Assembly: GCA_951406725.2 (NCBI GenBank)
Contig: OX597817.1
Span: 52,142,001 to 52,206,000, forward strand
Direction of reading: 5' to 3'
Source of the DNA: Octopus vulgaris
Taxonomy: Eukaryota
Length of the DNA stretch: 64,000 nucleotides
Part shown: piece after piece, positions 11,806 through 25,566 of the stretch
How the letters are laid out: each line of letters starts with the position of its first letter
How positions within the stretch are numbered: position 1 is the first letter of the stretch
Notes under the pieces: model-generated
The model's database searches: none
Seen by the model: the letters and a program-made list of their open reading frames with translations, nothing else
What the model was told of the DNA's origin: nothing
Translations under genes and position numbers: made by a program

Positions 11806-13740
11806 AAAGACACAAACCAGATATCTCTCTCTCTCTCCATATATATATATATATATATATATATAATCACAAGGGAGAGAGAATAAAATTACAGACAATC
11901 AGAAAAACAAAACAAAATAATCATTCTTGATATTATTTCCTTCATACGGTTTTTTTTTTCTTCCTTCAAATCCTTTTATGTAGTATTTGAAACTAAATAC
12001 AAGGAAATAATTTGAAGGAGAAAAAAATGGGATTCTTGGAGAGAATGAAGATGATGTATTTTGTGTGAATGAAAATGTGGCTGTCTTTGATGGATGCATG
12101 CCTAATAGACTTTGAGTTGATTGATGCATTGGGAGTGGAATTTGGTAAGCAGAAACTGCAGCAGTGTCCTTGCAAATATTCCAGCATGGCCAAAGTCCGC
12201 TTGCTTGCATGGCCAAAGCGTGCTTGCATATACCGGTGTGGCAAGTATTCCCCATTCATCTCACAAAAGATGATTTTGCCTTTTGCCATGCAACAGAGAT
12301 CTATACCAAAAGTACTGGAGACCAAAATCAATTCTGGAATCAGTATTAACAAAGTTACCTTGCAGTATTTAGTAGCATTCTTTTATGTTTCTTTTAAGTT
12401 CAAATCACACTCAGAGTCAAATTTTCCATCTCCCTTTGGAGTTGATGCAAGAAGTACCAAACATGGGGCTTTGTGCTAATTTTTACTGTATTAAGGAAAA
12501 ATACAATCGTGATTAAATACACGCACACAAACTTGACTTTATCTGTAAATACTATAAAGATTTTTAATCTATGTTTTGTCCACAGGTGGGTCTGTATCAT
12601 AGCTTAATGCTATTTGTTTCAATATTTTGTCTTGTGTAAAAGGACCAATATCAGATTTTTCCCATCTCTCTCCCAGTCTTCCTTTACACAGGTACCAATT
12701 TCTAAACACAAAGGACACAACTGTTCTTTGGTGTTTCCAAAATAAAATTCGAAAAACTCAAAAATCTTCAGTGTTTGCGTATTCATTCTTTTCGGGTTTT
12801 ACATCGGCCTTATTTGTTCCTTGCTAGCATAAGTTATCCTTTGCTTCTTTCAGTCATTGCCCCTTGAAAGGTTTTGTGAAATTGTCCCCAGTACTTATTA
12901 CAATCTGTTCCTTATTTTATCCATCTCTTTTGCTGAACTGTTAAGTTACAGGGGAAATAAAGAAACCAACAACAGCTGTCAAACGCTTGAAGGGTACAGA
13001 CAGAAACAGATATATGACAGGCTTCCACAGAGCTTGTGTCAACCAAATTCACTCACAAGGCCTTGGACAACCCAGGGCTATAGAAGACACATGCATAAGA
13101 TGCCATACAGTGGGACTGAAATCAAAGTCATGGGGTTGCAAAGCAAGCTTCTTAACAACTCGGCCAATATAGCCAGAGGAAGATATTAAGTCATTGCAAC
13201 CCTTCATGTCATTAACCCTTACCCTGTTTTTCAAGTAAGAGATCTCTTATATCATACATCTTCAAAAGGTATAAATCCAGTAAGAGCCATCACTACTTGT
13301 AGCTCAGCAGTTTTAAAGTTCAGATGTAAAGAAACACACACACACACATTGGTAGTCTTCTTTCAGTTTCCATCTACCAAATCCACTCACCAGGCTTAAA
13401 CATGAATGTACTTTGATATACTTCGCTAATAAATTCCATTCTTTGCAAATTAGTTGTGTAAAGGAGGGAAATAACTATACTGAGAACTGTATCTAAGGGT
13501 GTAGAGATTTATAAATAAGACTTTAGTGTTAGCAATCGTATGATGAGTAACTTTCAAAGTATACTTTTGCCACCATCAGTAAATAGCCAATATTAATATT
13601 AAATGCTAAGCTATTAACTTTTTATTAATTTATGGCAAAATTGAATTTCATTTCCATACTTAGCATACAAAACTACATCAATACACCAAATTTGAAATCA
13701 AATTGAACAAAATTGAAAAGTGAAAACCAAACAGAAGAGC

Positions 13741-13793
<53 letters not shown>

Positions 13794-13797
<4 letters not shown>

Positions 13798-14530
13798 GTC
13801 ATCTCATAAGTTCTGTCCGATTTTACCTTTTTTTTAAAATTGAATGAAATTTAATAGTATTTTAGAATGTCTAATGGAATTAAAAATTATTTTTATGCAT
13901 TTGTGTACATTTAAACTAATTAAATATTATTTTACAGAATAATAGAATTAAAATTTCTTTGATTAAAACCCTTTCTAACATGGAAGTATCCAAAGAGGAT
14001 TTAAGGCACATAATGCTTTATGAGTACAAAAAAGGAAACTCTGCAGCCGAAGCGACTCGAAACATACACTCAGTTTATGGGAAAGAATGCTTGAATGAAC
14101 TTGCAGAAGATGGTTTGCAAAATTCAGAAGTGGAGATTTCAACCTTGAAGATGAAGATGGAACAGGACATCCATCAAACCATACAACTGTTCATTGTCAT
14201 CTTCAGCAACTTGGAAAGGTTCCTAAACTTAGAAAATGGGTGCCTCATAAATTGTCCAAAAGCAACTGCAAATCCTGAGTTGACATCTGCCTCGCCATTC
14301 TTGCAAACTCTTTTCACCCTTTTTGGATAGACTTGTGACTGGTGACGAAAAATAGATCTTCTATTGAAATGTTAAACGTCATAAATAGTGGCTTTGTAAA
14401 AGGGAAATGGTCAACCACAATCGAGAAGGGAACTTCATGGAAAAAGGTTCTTCTCTCTATCTGGTGGGATTACAAAGGAGTAATTCACTTTGAATTGTTA
14501 CCACCTAATGCAACAGTCAATGTTCACATC
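13794..14530 (+). mobile_element. Decayed Tc1/mariner transposon (Mos1/SETMAR-like transposase pseudogene)
   Basis: Starts after (TA)n with a TIR-like tcaggtcatctcataagttc. Frameshifted peptides include LRHIMLYEYKKGNSAAEATRNIHSVYG (HTH), KWVPHKL, LVTGDEK and KVLLSIWWDYKGVIHFELLP. Confidence 0.85.
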
Positions 14531-14643
14531 CAGCGGGAAATATATATGCCACAGAAACCAGGAAACTAATCCAATGAGTCTAAATGACATGGAAACGAAC
14601 TTTATCTTTATTACCTCCCTCTAACAACTGTTTATTAAGTTTA

Positions 14644-15260
14644 TGAGGGGTGTTCATTAAAGATTTTCCCTGACCCACTTCTGGTTACTGCAGGAAATGG
14701 AGCTTGTACAGGTATAATCATACATGTCTCTACATGTCACATCATAAATTACAGCTTTCCACTAGTATTCGTTTGTCTTTTACAACTGCTGAGGTGGACT
14801 AAGGTGTTATAATGAAGGCAGTTGAATGCAGATCTGTGATCAGGTTCTTATACTTCGATGGTCATACACCAAAAGAGACTTTCAATGAGATGAAAAGTTT
14901 ATGGCGATGATGCACCATCATACAGCATAGTCAAGCACTGACATTGCCAGTTCAAATGTGGTCGGACATCGGTGGAAACTGCTCCTATTCCACCATTGAT
15001 AACACTATCCATAAAGTGGAAGCCTCCAGTTTAGAGGATTGCTGCATAACTATTTGGCAAACTAGCTTGAGAAGTGGAGATAAGTGTAGGGTCCATGGAA
15101 AAAAATCATTCACAACCATTTGCGCACGTGGACATTGTCTGCATGATCAATTCCCTGGATGCTCACAGCTTTTCAGAAGCAGGGATAAATCCATTGCTCC
15201 CAGGCTCTTTTGGCAATGTGCCAAGAAAACTAGGACATTTCCTGCAGGCTTACCTTACAG
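14644..15260 (+). mobile_element. Second decayed mariner, 5' part
   Basis: Mariner-like end TA|TGAGGGGTGTTCATTAA. Broken frames read RSVIRFL..G.TPKETFNEM, YGDDAPSYSIVK, FKCGRTSVE and ISVGSM. Confidence 0.7.
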
Positions 15261-15460
15261 AGTCAACAACTATTGAAAAAGTTGAAAAATGCAACAAAAA
15301 TTCTAGAAAAATAAATGAGTGGAACTTTTACTGATGAGTTTGTTAAATTAATAAGTCACTAAAAAAAGAATGATTCTCCCCAGACAACAGAGATGTTCAT
15401 TTGTTGTCCACATTGTGCCAGGTTTTCATTTCATATATATATATATATATATATATACGT

Positions 15461-15720
15461 GGAGGCGCAATGGCCCAGTGGTTAGGGCAGCGGACTCACG
15501 GTTTCGATTCCCAGACCAGGCGTTGTGTGTGTTTATTGACCGAAAACACCTAAAAAGCTCCACAAGGCTCCAGCAGGGTGTGGTGATCCCTGCTGTACTC
15601 TTTCACCACTCTTTCTCTCACTCTTTCTTCTGTTGGCCTGCTCACTTAACAGCTAAAACAATGCAAACGCATTGTGACCAGCGATGTGTAGCAACATCTG
15701 ATGGTCTGGTCGGTCACGTG
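15461..15720 (+). mobile_element. tRNA-derived SINE, family D
   Basis: A-box tggcccagtgg and B-box gtttcgattcc. The same head occurs at 59822-60160. Confidence 0.75.
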
Positions 15721-16099
15721 ATATATATACATGCGCCCAAGGTACCACACAGTGGGACTGAACCTGGAACCATGTGGTTGGGAAGCTTGCAGGTGTCTTC
15801 TACTATAGCCTTAGACCAAACAAAGCTTTGTCTGTGGATTTGATAGACAGAAACTGAAAAAAGCCCATCGTATGTGTGTCTGTGTTTGCCCCCACCTCCA
15901 CCCCCACCCACTGCTTGACAACTGATGTTGGTGTGTTTACATCCTTTTACTTAGTGGTTCAGCAAAAGAGACCAACAGAATAAGTAACAAGCTTAAAAAA
16001 ACAAGTACTGGAGTTGGTTTGATAAACTGAAATTTCAGGGCATAACTTTAGTAAAAAACTTCAATTATAATCCAAACATTACCTTAACCCCTTAGTGCC

Positions 16100-16253
16100 C
16101 ATGGTCGAGCAAATCAACCCCCAGGACTTATTCTTTGTAAGCCTAGTACTTATTCTATCAGTTTCTTTTGCCGAACCACTAAGTTATGGGGACACACTAG
16201 CATCGGTTGTCAAGCGATGTTGTGGGAACAAACACAGACACACAAACATATAC

Positions 16254-16291
<38 letters not shown>

Positions 16292-16803
16292 CATCATCAT
16301 CATCATCATCATCATCGTTTAGCGTCCGTTTTCCATGCTAGCATGGGTTGGACGGTTCTACTGGGGTCTGTGAAGCCAGAAGGCTTCATCAGGCCCAGTC
16401 AAATCTGGCAGTGTTTCTACGGCTGGATGCCCTTCCTAACACCAACCACTCCGTGAGTGTAGTGGGTGCTTTTTACGTGCCACCCGCACTGGTGCCAGAC
16501 AGAGCTGGCAAACGGCCACGAACGGATGGTGCTTTTTATGTGCCACCGGCACGAGGGCCAGGCGAGGCTGGCAACGGACACGAAACGGGGCGGTGCTGGC
16601 AACGGTCTATATATACATATATATATATACATATACATACGACAGGCTTCTTTCAGTTTCCGTAAACCAAATCCACTCACAAGGCTTTGGTCGGTCCAAG
16701 GCTCTAGTAGAAGACACTTGCACAATGTGCCACGCAGTAGGACTGAACCTGGAACCATGTGGTTGGCAAGCAAGCTACTTACCACACAGCCACTCCTATG
16801 CCT
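16100..16803 (-). mobile_element. Family A SINE with a family B copy (16291-16606) nested in its central microsatellite
   Basis: The 5' and 3' halves of family A flank the inserted element. Confidence 0.8.
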
Positions 16804-18143
16804 ATATTGTAATAAAAAAATTTTTTTTTATATATTTAGTATCAGATAAAGTTGTATAAAATAAGATTTTTGGAATATAAATCAAATAAAAAAATTTGGG
16901 CACTCCTTTTCTTTTTTACTAGATCCCTTCAAATTCTGAACTCTTTAAAAACTTGACACACATAAGTGGAAATATTTTATTAGAAATATGTTTTCAAATT
17001 TAGTCTGAATGTGAAAGTGGATGGCTACAGAGAAAAGACCTCATAGTAAGTGTAAAACTATAATTAAGTTAATGTTCTTCTGTTCTAATCTGTTGATTCA
17101 GTCCAAAACGTGGTCCAATGAAATCACTGACTTTCTGACAATTAGGTCACTGACTCAGCTAAATGGATTTTCAATAAATAAATACACAAACAATAACAGT
17201 AATTATTCCTGATTTAGGCACAAGGCTATTAATTTTGACAGACTGAGATGAATTGGCTGACAATTTAGCTCAAGCGAAATGAGCATTCAACCTATTTTAG
17301 TATTGGATGCAAACACACACACACATTACTCTTTTACTTGTTTCAGTCATTTGACCATGGCCATGCTGGAGCACCGCCTTTAGTCGAGTAAATTGACCCC
17401 AGGACTTATTCTTTGTAAGCCTAGTACTTATTCTATCGGTCTGTTTTGCTGAACCGCTAAGTTACGGGGACACACCAGCATCGGTTGTCAAGCGATGTTG
17501 GGGGGGACAAACACAGACACACAAACATATACACACACACATACATACATATATATATATATATATACGACAGGCTTCTTTCAGTTTCCGTCAACCAAAT
17601 CCACTCACAAAGCTTTGGTCGGATGTGATGATGAGAGTACCAGATGATCCAATCAATAGAACAGCCTGCTTGTGAAATTAATATGCATGTGGCTGAATAC
17701 TCCACAGACATGTGTACTCTTAATATAGTTCGCAGGGCAGTTCAATGTGACATAGAATGCAACAAGGCTGACCCTTTTCGAATTGCAGGCATGACTCACT
17801 TTCGCCAATTGAGTGAACTGGGGCAACATGGAACAAAGTATTTTGTTCAAAGATGCAATGCACTGCCTGGTAACAAACTCATAGCTTTATGATTGTGAGC
17901 CAAAAGTCCAAACCACTTAGCCACATGCCTTCACTAAAGCGATCACACTCTTTTACTTGTTTCAGTCATTTGACTGCAACCATGCTGGAGCACCGCCTTT
18001 AGTCGAGCAAATCGACCTCAGGACTTATTCTTTGCAAGCCTAGTACTTATTCTATCGGTCTTTTTTTGCCAATTGGAGACACAAACACACCACCATCGGC
18101 TGTCAAACGATTGTGGGGGCACAAACACAGACACATATACAAT

Positions 18144-18300
18144 GGGCGGCGGCATATGATGTAGTGGTTAAGAGTGCAGGCTACTAACCCCAAGATTCCG
18201 AATTTGATTCAAGGCAGTGACCTGAATAATAATAATAATAATATTAACAACATTGAAAATACTTTAGGAATGAGAACCCAGGTTCAAAATTTCCCCAAGA
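18144..18300 (+). mobile_element. tRNA-headed hammerhead-SINE family, copy truncated just before the ribozyme
   Basis: Head, (AAT)n tract and ...tttccccaaga are colinear with 35370-35512. Confidence 0.7.
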
Positions 18301-20603
18301 AGTCCTGTAGTCAATTTGTTCAACTAAAACCCTTCATGGCAGTGCTCCAACATGGCCACAGACTGAAGTAAAAAAAAAAAATGAAAGATATTTTTTTATA
18401 AATCATTAAATTCCATAAAACAATTACTACAAATTAAAATGCAAAAATGTTTTAAAAATGTCTGTGAATCTAAAGTTACAAATGTTTTTTTTTTTTAAAA
18501 AACAAACAAAAATCTGAAGTAAAAAAAATATTGGCAGAGTACAGATGAGGATATTAGATAACTTGGTTGTAGCTTTTCCCCTACCATTTCTTCAAATTTA
18601 TTTTCAATGAAGAAGATACATTTTTTTCCCCTTTCTTTGTTCCTCTTTTCCCATTTTTTTTCTTTTTCCGGGTTTGGATTTATATCTTTAATGTGGTTTT
18701 GTATTATATATTTATCATATACATATCTAGAAGAGCTGATTCTGTAAAAAAAAAAGACATTTTCAAACTTTTCTTTTCTTTTGTTGTGCACCTGAGCACT
18801 GTATACAATAATTTCGTTATTATTTTTTAAATACTGTCCCTCTCCTATGGAAAAGAAAAAACAATGAAATCTTTTAATTTTCCACTTTCTCGTCTCCTCC
18901 CCTTCAAGCTCTTGCATTTTTAATACATGTTTGAAAATACGGACGATTTGAGTCCGCTGACATTTTCCTTCGAAACACGAAAATAAAAGAAGCACATTAT
19001 TTTGCGCACCTTCCGATGCGAAATAAATAACGATTTTTAAATTTTGACACAAAGCCAGTTATTCTAAGGGAAGTGGGCAGTCGATTAATTACATCGACCT
19101 CAGTACTCAGCCGGTACTTTATCGACCTCGAAAGGGTGAAAGGTAAAGTTTGCCGAATTTGAACGTAATTAATTGGAATAAAGGATCTTCTCCCTTCCAA
19201 CGGCAGATCGAGAAATTAATTTTTTGTAACTAAACACTTTCAAACTTCGGACACAGGTAGAATGAGTCATATAAAACATCTTTTACTCTTAGTATTGTGG
19301 GGAAAAGTTTATATTTTCCGGAATAAATACTGCTAAGCATTTTGTCCGGAATATTACCGATTCTACCGCTTAGAGTCGAAACAAAGCTCGCCCCGCTTTA
19401 GGTGAACCCCACCTCATATACCTACTGGGAAAGCTTTCGTTGTGTATTTGCATACAAATTATGACAGATTCAATGTGTGGAAGGATGATGACCTTTCATT
19501 TCATTCAACGTAATATTATTAAAAGAAACCATGTAATCTATTCGAAAAATGTTATACAGACTTGTTGCATATTTTTAATAGGACGTGGATCTACAGATGG
19601 CATTGTGATACCAGATTTTTCTGTGGGTTTTCCTATAGTTTATTAGGTGTGAAATAAGCTTTCATAATTTTCATATACACGCATATATCAATTTCTGGAT
19701 ACACACACACACACATAGAAAGTTATTTCGTTTGTCTTGAGCAAAATTATAAGATATTTATTTATGGGTAATTAATTTCCAATTTCGAAAATTATTTTAA
19801 AAGTTTGAAAACCTTATGGAAGAGGCAGGTATTCGTAATGTCTGCCTTTTCTTAATTACAAATAAAAGAAGGCTGGAAAAATTCCATAGAGGAAAAAATT
19901 TTGAGAGGAGGGGGAGAGATTCAGAAAAATATTTTTCTTCTTAAAATCGCAATCTTCGACGTTGCAAACAGAGATTGTCAAAATAAAATCAATAAAAAAA
20001 AAGTTTCAGACGGTTATATATGGTGTGCTTCAATTAGAACTTTGCCTAATTAACTGAAATATTTCAATTAAATAATGTTAATTATAAGTTTATATAAACA
20101 ACAAATCCATTACCACGTGCTTGGAGAATTAAAAAGTTACACAATACGTTTATTGTTTGTGTTAATTGCTATCCGAAGTAGAATAAAATAAAACTTGTTA
20201 GTGTATTTATATGTTGAAAGCAACATAATTAATAATTTACAACTTTTAAATCATTCATAAGTTTGGAAACAGTAATTAAGAAAATCTACATTCGGTCGTT
20301 TCCGTGTATTTCCGTGAACATTACTTGTTAACAGCTTGATTTCGTAGTTTTCTATGCAAATGATATATATATATATATTAATTTTATTCTCATTTAAACA
20401 GAGCTTGTGAACATTTTATTTCTTCCATTTAAATATATATTTGTGCTTTATGTATTTTTTCTTCAAACTTTAAGGATGTCCTCAGATTTTAAGCAAAAAA
20501 AAAAGTGATTAGACACACCTGGTGATAATTGTAGAAACTATATGACATAAGATACAATAAAAAAAGCGGTAAAACACTAAAAAAATTATACAACAAAATT
20601 ATA

Positions 20604-21355
20604 GGCATAGTTTCGGTTGTAGTAGCACAGATTTCCGTCGATTTCCGTAAAAAACTTTTATTTTTTTACATAAGTAATGAGAGCGAAAGAGACTAAGAGG
20701 AAGCGATTTTACGACGAGAAGGTTTCACTTTGAAGTCGGCCTGTGTGTGTTTGATGGGGTGTGGGAGACAGACAGTATGTTGTGTAAGTGAAGTGCTTCT
20801 GTTAGTGTGTGCGAAGAGACAGACATACATATACACATACACCGAGTACATACATACATACATACACACACACACATACATAGATACATACACACACACA
20901 CATACATACACACACACATACTTACACACACACACACACACATAGATACATACACACACACACATACATGCAGACATACATATACACATACACCGAGTAA
21001 AAAATTACGATGAATCGGCCATACATACACACACACATACTTACACACACACACATACATAGATACATGCATACATACATATACACATACACCGAGTAAA
21101 AAATCAGTTATCTCTCTCTTTCACACATTACTCTCTCTGTCTCTTCACACACACTAACAGAAGCACTTCACTTATACAACATACTGTCTGTCTCCCACAA
21201 CCCATCAAACACACACAGGCCGATTTCAAAGTGAAACCTTCTCGTCATAAAATCGCTTCCTCTTAGTCTCTTTCGCTCTCATTACTTATGTAAAAAAATA
21301 AAAGTTTTTTACGGAAATCGACGGAAATCTGCGCTACGACATGCGAAACTTCGCC
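20604..21355. mobile_element. Fold-back/MULE-like non-autonomous DNA transposon with 220-bp TIRs
   Basis: 20604-20823 and 21136-21355 are reverse complements with GGC...GCC ends. AAATTATA is duplicated exactly at 20596-20603 and 21356-21363. The spacer is CA/TACA microsatellite. Confidence 0.85.
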
Positions 21356-22094
21356 AAATTATATTCTATTCCTTTGTTAATTATATAAAAATCACTGAAA
21401 TATTATTTTCATAAACGTCGCATAAGCTTATTTTAGAGAAACAGTTTAGTCTACAATTTAAATCCTTGGTTTCGTATCATCAAGCATGGCTGAAGAACAT
21501 TTCTTTAGAATTGTTAAGGCATTATATATTTTGAAAATAGATCTGGAGATGTAAAATATTTTGTAAAATGAGATTTTTTTTTATTCTATAACGACGCGAA
21601 GTCCCTGTCTGATTGTTTGTCAAAGTTGTGGAAAGATCCCAGTGACTTAGCCGACCTGTTTCTGGCCAATAGTTTTCAATTTATTTCTTTATTGCCCTCA
21701 AGGGGCTAAACATAGAGGGGACAGACAAAGGGAGAGACTTATGTTACAGCTAATAAAGTGTTAACTCAGGAGGGAAGCAAATAATAATAATAAATAAATA
21801 AATAACGAGCCTCATACGTAATCGTATGACATGCCTGAAACAGTAATCTCTACCGCCCTTAAAAAGAAGAATGTGGACAATATAGTCGGAGATACACTAA
21901 GCCAGAAAAAAAAAGAGATCGATGCTAACTGAACAAGACGAACAACTCGTTCAATGATCCATCTGGTATTTATTTTATCAACCCCAGAGGGATAAATGAT
22001 GTAAACTGTGGTAGTATTTGAACTCCAGAAAGCAGAATGTCGAAAATGAAACTAAATATTAATTTCTGACGCTGGCGCAAGGTCACACACAAAA

Positions 22095-22540
22095 TCTCCC
22101 CCTTCCTTCGCATGTGTGGTCGTTGGGGCATTCGTTGATGACGTCGCAACCAGATTTCGCCTCCTCTCTCGAACTTGTGCTACCCTCTATAAGTTGGAGA
22201 AATCGAAGCCGGTCCACTTTTTGTTAACCCAGGCGACGACCAGTCAGGTTCTGGTTGTCATCATCATGAATGTATCATGGGTAAGTTAGTTTGGCAGTAC
22301 CCATTCCTCTCCAAGCCGTTATCCACAACCGTATACTTCTACCCCAGATGCGTTTTGGCCTTGAACTCTAGGCCGTTGATCTGGACAGGTTCTTCCTCCT
22401 TAACTGGGGACTCCCTGGGAAGCCTTACCCAGAATCTTTTGCCTACTAGTGTAGTACTAATGCCATTCCCTTACTTGGCTCAGCTCACCAGTTCAAGTGG
22501 GGTACCAGGGGCGGCTCTAGGAGCCATCAAGTGAAAGATA
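22095..22540 (-). mobile_element. RTE-related element: GC-rich putative 5' UTR joined to an ORF C-terminal fragment
   Basis: Minus strand 22225-22100 reads KKWTGFDFSNL*RVAQVRERRRNLVATSS, an RTE C-terminal pattern. Confidence 0.5.
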
Positions 22541-23136
22541 GGAGTTGAATAAGGATCAATAATGCCTCTCCACTTGACCATTCCTGGCAAGGTGCAGTTG
22601 TCAGACACCAAAGGTTACTCTACCTCTATTCTGAGCCCTATCACTCTGCACATTGAAATATGTTCGATTAGATCGATAAAGTACTTGACAGATATACGAA
22701 TGCTAAGTTGGCTTCCGCCAGATTAAATTTGCCTCTCATCCACCCTTGGCGTGATGAAATAAAGTATCAGTCTAGTACGGATCGATTTCAACTCAATATT
22801 TTATCTTTTTCCCCACCCGATAGAAAATTTAATTAAAAAATTTTTTTATCTAACAAAGATATTAACGAACCCAAGAGAGTTTTGAGAATCGATGCTAAAG
22901 ACATGGATATAGCTACTGGCTAAGAGTCGGAATGTTTTGCTTAATCGACTTACATATTTCTATGAAATGTTAAAGCTCGTATGGATAGTGATAAAAAGCT
23001 GAGCACCAATACGAATTTAATTTGCATCATTGTTTAGCACAAAACTAAATTAGATAAAAGTAACTAATCCATTTCTTCACTCCAATTGTCTTCGGGTGAA
23101 GCGTACATGCTAAGGGGACGAAACGCTCGCGACCTT

Positions 23137-23613
23137 GAAATACCTACTGGCAATACAGAAGGGTTTTCAGCATTGCAATGGATTCAGAAGAGATTGCAAA
23201 GCCCCTGAGTAGCTCTTTCCGTGTGTGCAAGGCCGGCCTTAAGCCGATTGGACCGATTGCTCCCAATCGGGACCCACGCCGAAGGGGGGGGGGGGTCTCG
23301 CGCATAAGAGGTGCACATTCTAAACTGCGACATTTCATAAGAGTGGTCTCCCTGAAGTCTTTAAAAAACATCTACATGGACTTGCAAAAAAACACAAAAA
23401 AGCAAAAACATATTTTCTAGACTTATATCCTTATGTATTGAAGAAAATCATTGACACTTGTGTCGCTAAAGTGTAGAAAATATGTTTTCGCTTCGGTCCA
23501 ATTGGCTTAAGGCCGGCCTTGCACATACGGAAAGAGCTATCCGGGGGGTTTTGCAAGCTCTTCTGAATCTATTGCAATGCTGAAAACCCTTCTGTATCGC
23601 CATTAGGTATTTC
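23137..23613. repeat. About 120-bp inverted repeat containing hAT-like termini (CAAGGCCGGCCTTAAGCC)
   Basis: 23137-23256 and 23493-23613 are reverse complements with few differences. Confidence 0.8.
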
Positions 23614-24522
23614 TTTCCGATTTTTGCCAGAATATTTTTTAAATGTGTACTTTAGATATAGTTTAAATTTATAGTTTAACAACACCCAACTCGATTTCAG
23701 TGAGAAATAATGTTTTTTCCTCGTTTTTCTTGTTTCTTGTGCTATCAACTAATCTCATCTCCTAATATATCGCAAAAGACTTTTTTCCACCGAAATCGGA
23801 GCGGCGGGGGGCTCGGAATCTCCCCTCGCCTTGGAATTATTCATTTTCCTTGTTTTTTTTTTTCTTCTGTGTGCTATCAACTACTCTCGGCTCCTAGTAA
23901 ACTGCAAAGGACCCCATTGCGGCGTATTAGATCAGTATAGTGGCTGTTTTGTTATGCCTAATAACTGTTATTTCTAGCATACTAAATAACCACGTTGAGG
24001 ACCGGCTACCTTTGAGTTTAAAGAGAGACAAAAGAGTTTTACACCACAAAACCATCTGAGACGTATATTCAGAAACTTTTATTAACAAATTATCCATGTT
24101 TCAGAAAGTTACCACACACACACACACAGTATATTTATTAATATCCCTCGTGTCTGATACTTATTTTATACGTACCTGAAGGGTTTTTAACTGAAAAGGC
24201 GATTTTATTTGTAGTCCAGACCAAACTTGTTTCTTTTGCAGACTCAAAACTCCTTTTTTTTCTGTTTTTAGTGACATTAAGTAGGGCATTCGATACTATT
24301 ATACTTGATATTACAATCTCGGTTTCATTTTCATGAAATGCCGATTTGGGATATCGCATTTACTCATGCAATAAGCTCACTCTTAAATAAATGTTGAATC
24401 TTTGTTCAATTTTTTTTTCGCTTCGTAGGTTTAGCATTACACTGTGTGTAAGTTATACCCCAATATTTTCAGATAAAAGCAAGCATAAAATAGTGCAACT
24501 TACACATGAGTAAACACAATAC

Positions 24523-24574
<52 letters not shown>

Positions 24575-25284
24575 TTTAAATGAAGGATGACGTATACTTT
24601 CCCCCACTAGGACGGGACACCGGCCCAACGCAGAATTACTCCATTTTTGCCAGCTGAATGAAATGAAGCAACGTATAATGAAATGTTTTGTTCAAGAATA
24701 CAACGCATCGTCTGGTCCAGGAATCGAAAGTACAATCATCCAATCATGAGTCCGACACAACTAACCGCTACACCACGCGCCTTCACGACGTTGCCTTTCG
24801 AGTTCAGTCCCGGCAGTCCCGGCACATGCCTTCTGCTAATCCCCAGGTTAACATGCAATTTCCACTTTTTTTTTTTTTTTTTTTTTTCTTCACCACTTCT
24901 GTCAAACGATTTTCTTGCTCGCTTTTACTTTTGTCTGTTTTTATAAGGTTGCTTCAGAGAGTAAAATGATTCTTTCTGGCACAAGGCCTGAAAATTGTGG
25001 GGGCGGGTTTAGTCGATTACATCGACACCTCCCCATTCCCACTGTTCACCTGGAAACGATGAAAGCCGAAGTCCTACTCGGAACGTAAAGACCGTCGAAA
25101 TACTGCTAGACATTTTCGTCCAGCATGCTAGCGTTTTTGCCACCTTGCCCACCTTAGACGACGAACTTAACTACAAAATCCCAAGTCCCATCCCCAACCC
25201 GTGTGGACCAGTAATCAAGGTACATAACTCTGCCAAGAACACATTCCTTAATCCATTTACTGTTCACACTAAGTCAAAGCGGTT

Positions 25285-25326
<42 letters not shown>

Positions 25327-25566
25327 ACTGCGACCACGCTGGAGTACCACCTTTTAGTCCAAGAAATCGACACCAGGACTTATTCTTTGTAAGCCTGGTA
25401 CTTATACAATTGAACTCATTTGCCGAACCGCTAAGTTACGGGGATGTAAAGATACCAGCATTGGTTGTCAAGCGACGGCGGGCTGGGGGACAAACACACT
25501 CACACACGTATATATATATATATATATATATAATAACATAAATAATATATAAATATATGCATATTG

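Noticed and set aside
11899-12600. Cluster of ORFs downstream of TTC27 on both strands
   Set aside because: No recognisable protein and no consistent exon chain; could be 3' UTR or non-coding.
20693-21072. ORFs rich in Cys/Val and His/Thr
   Set aside because: Microsatellite translations.
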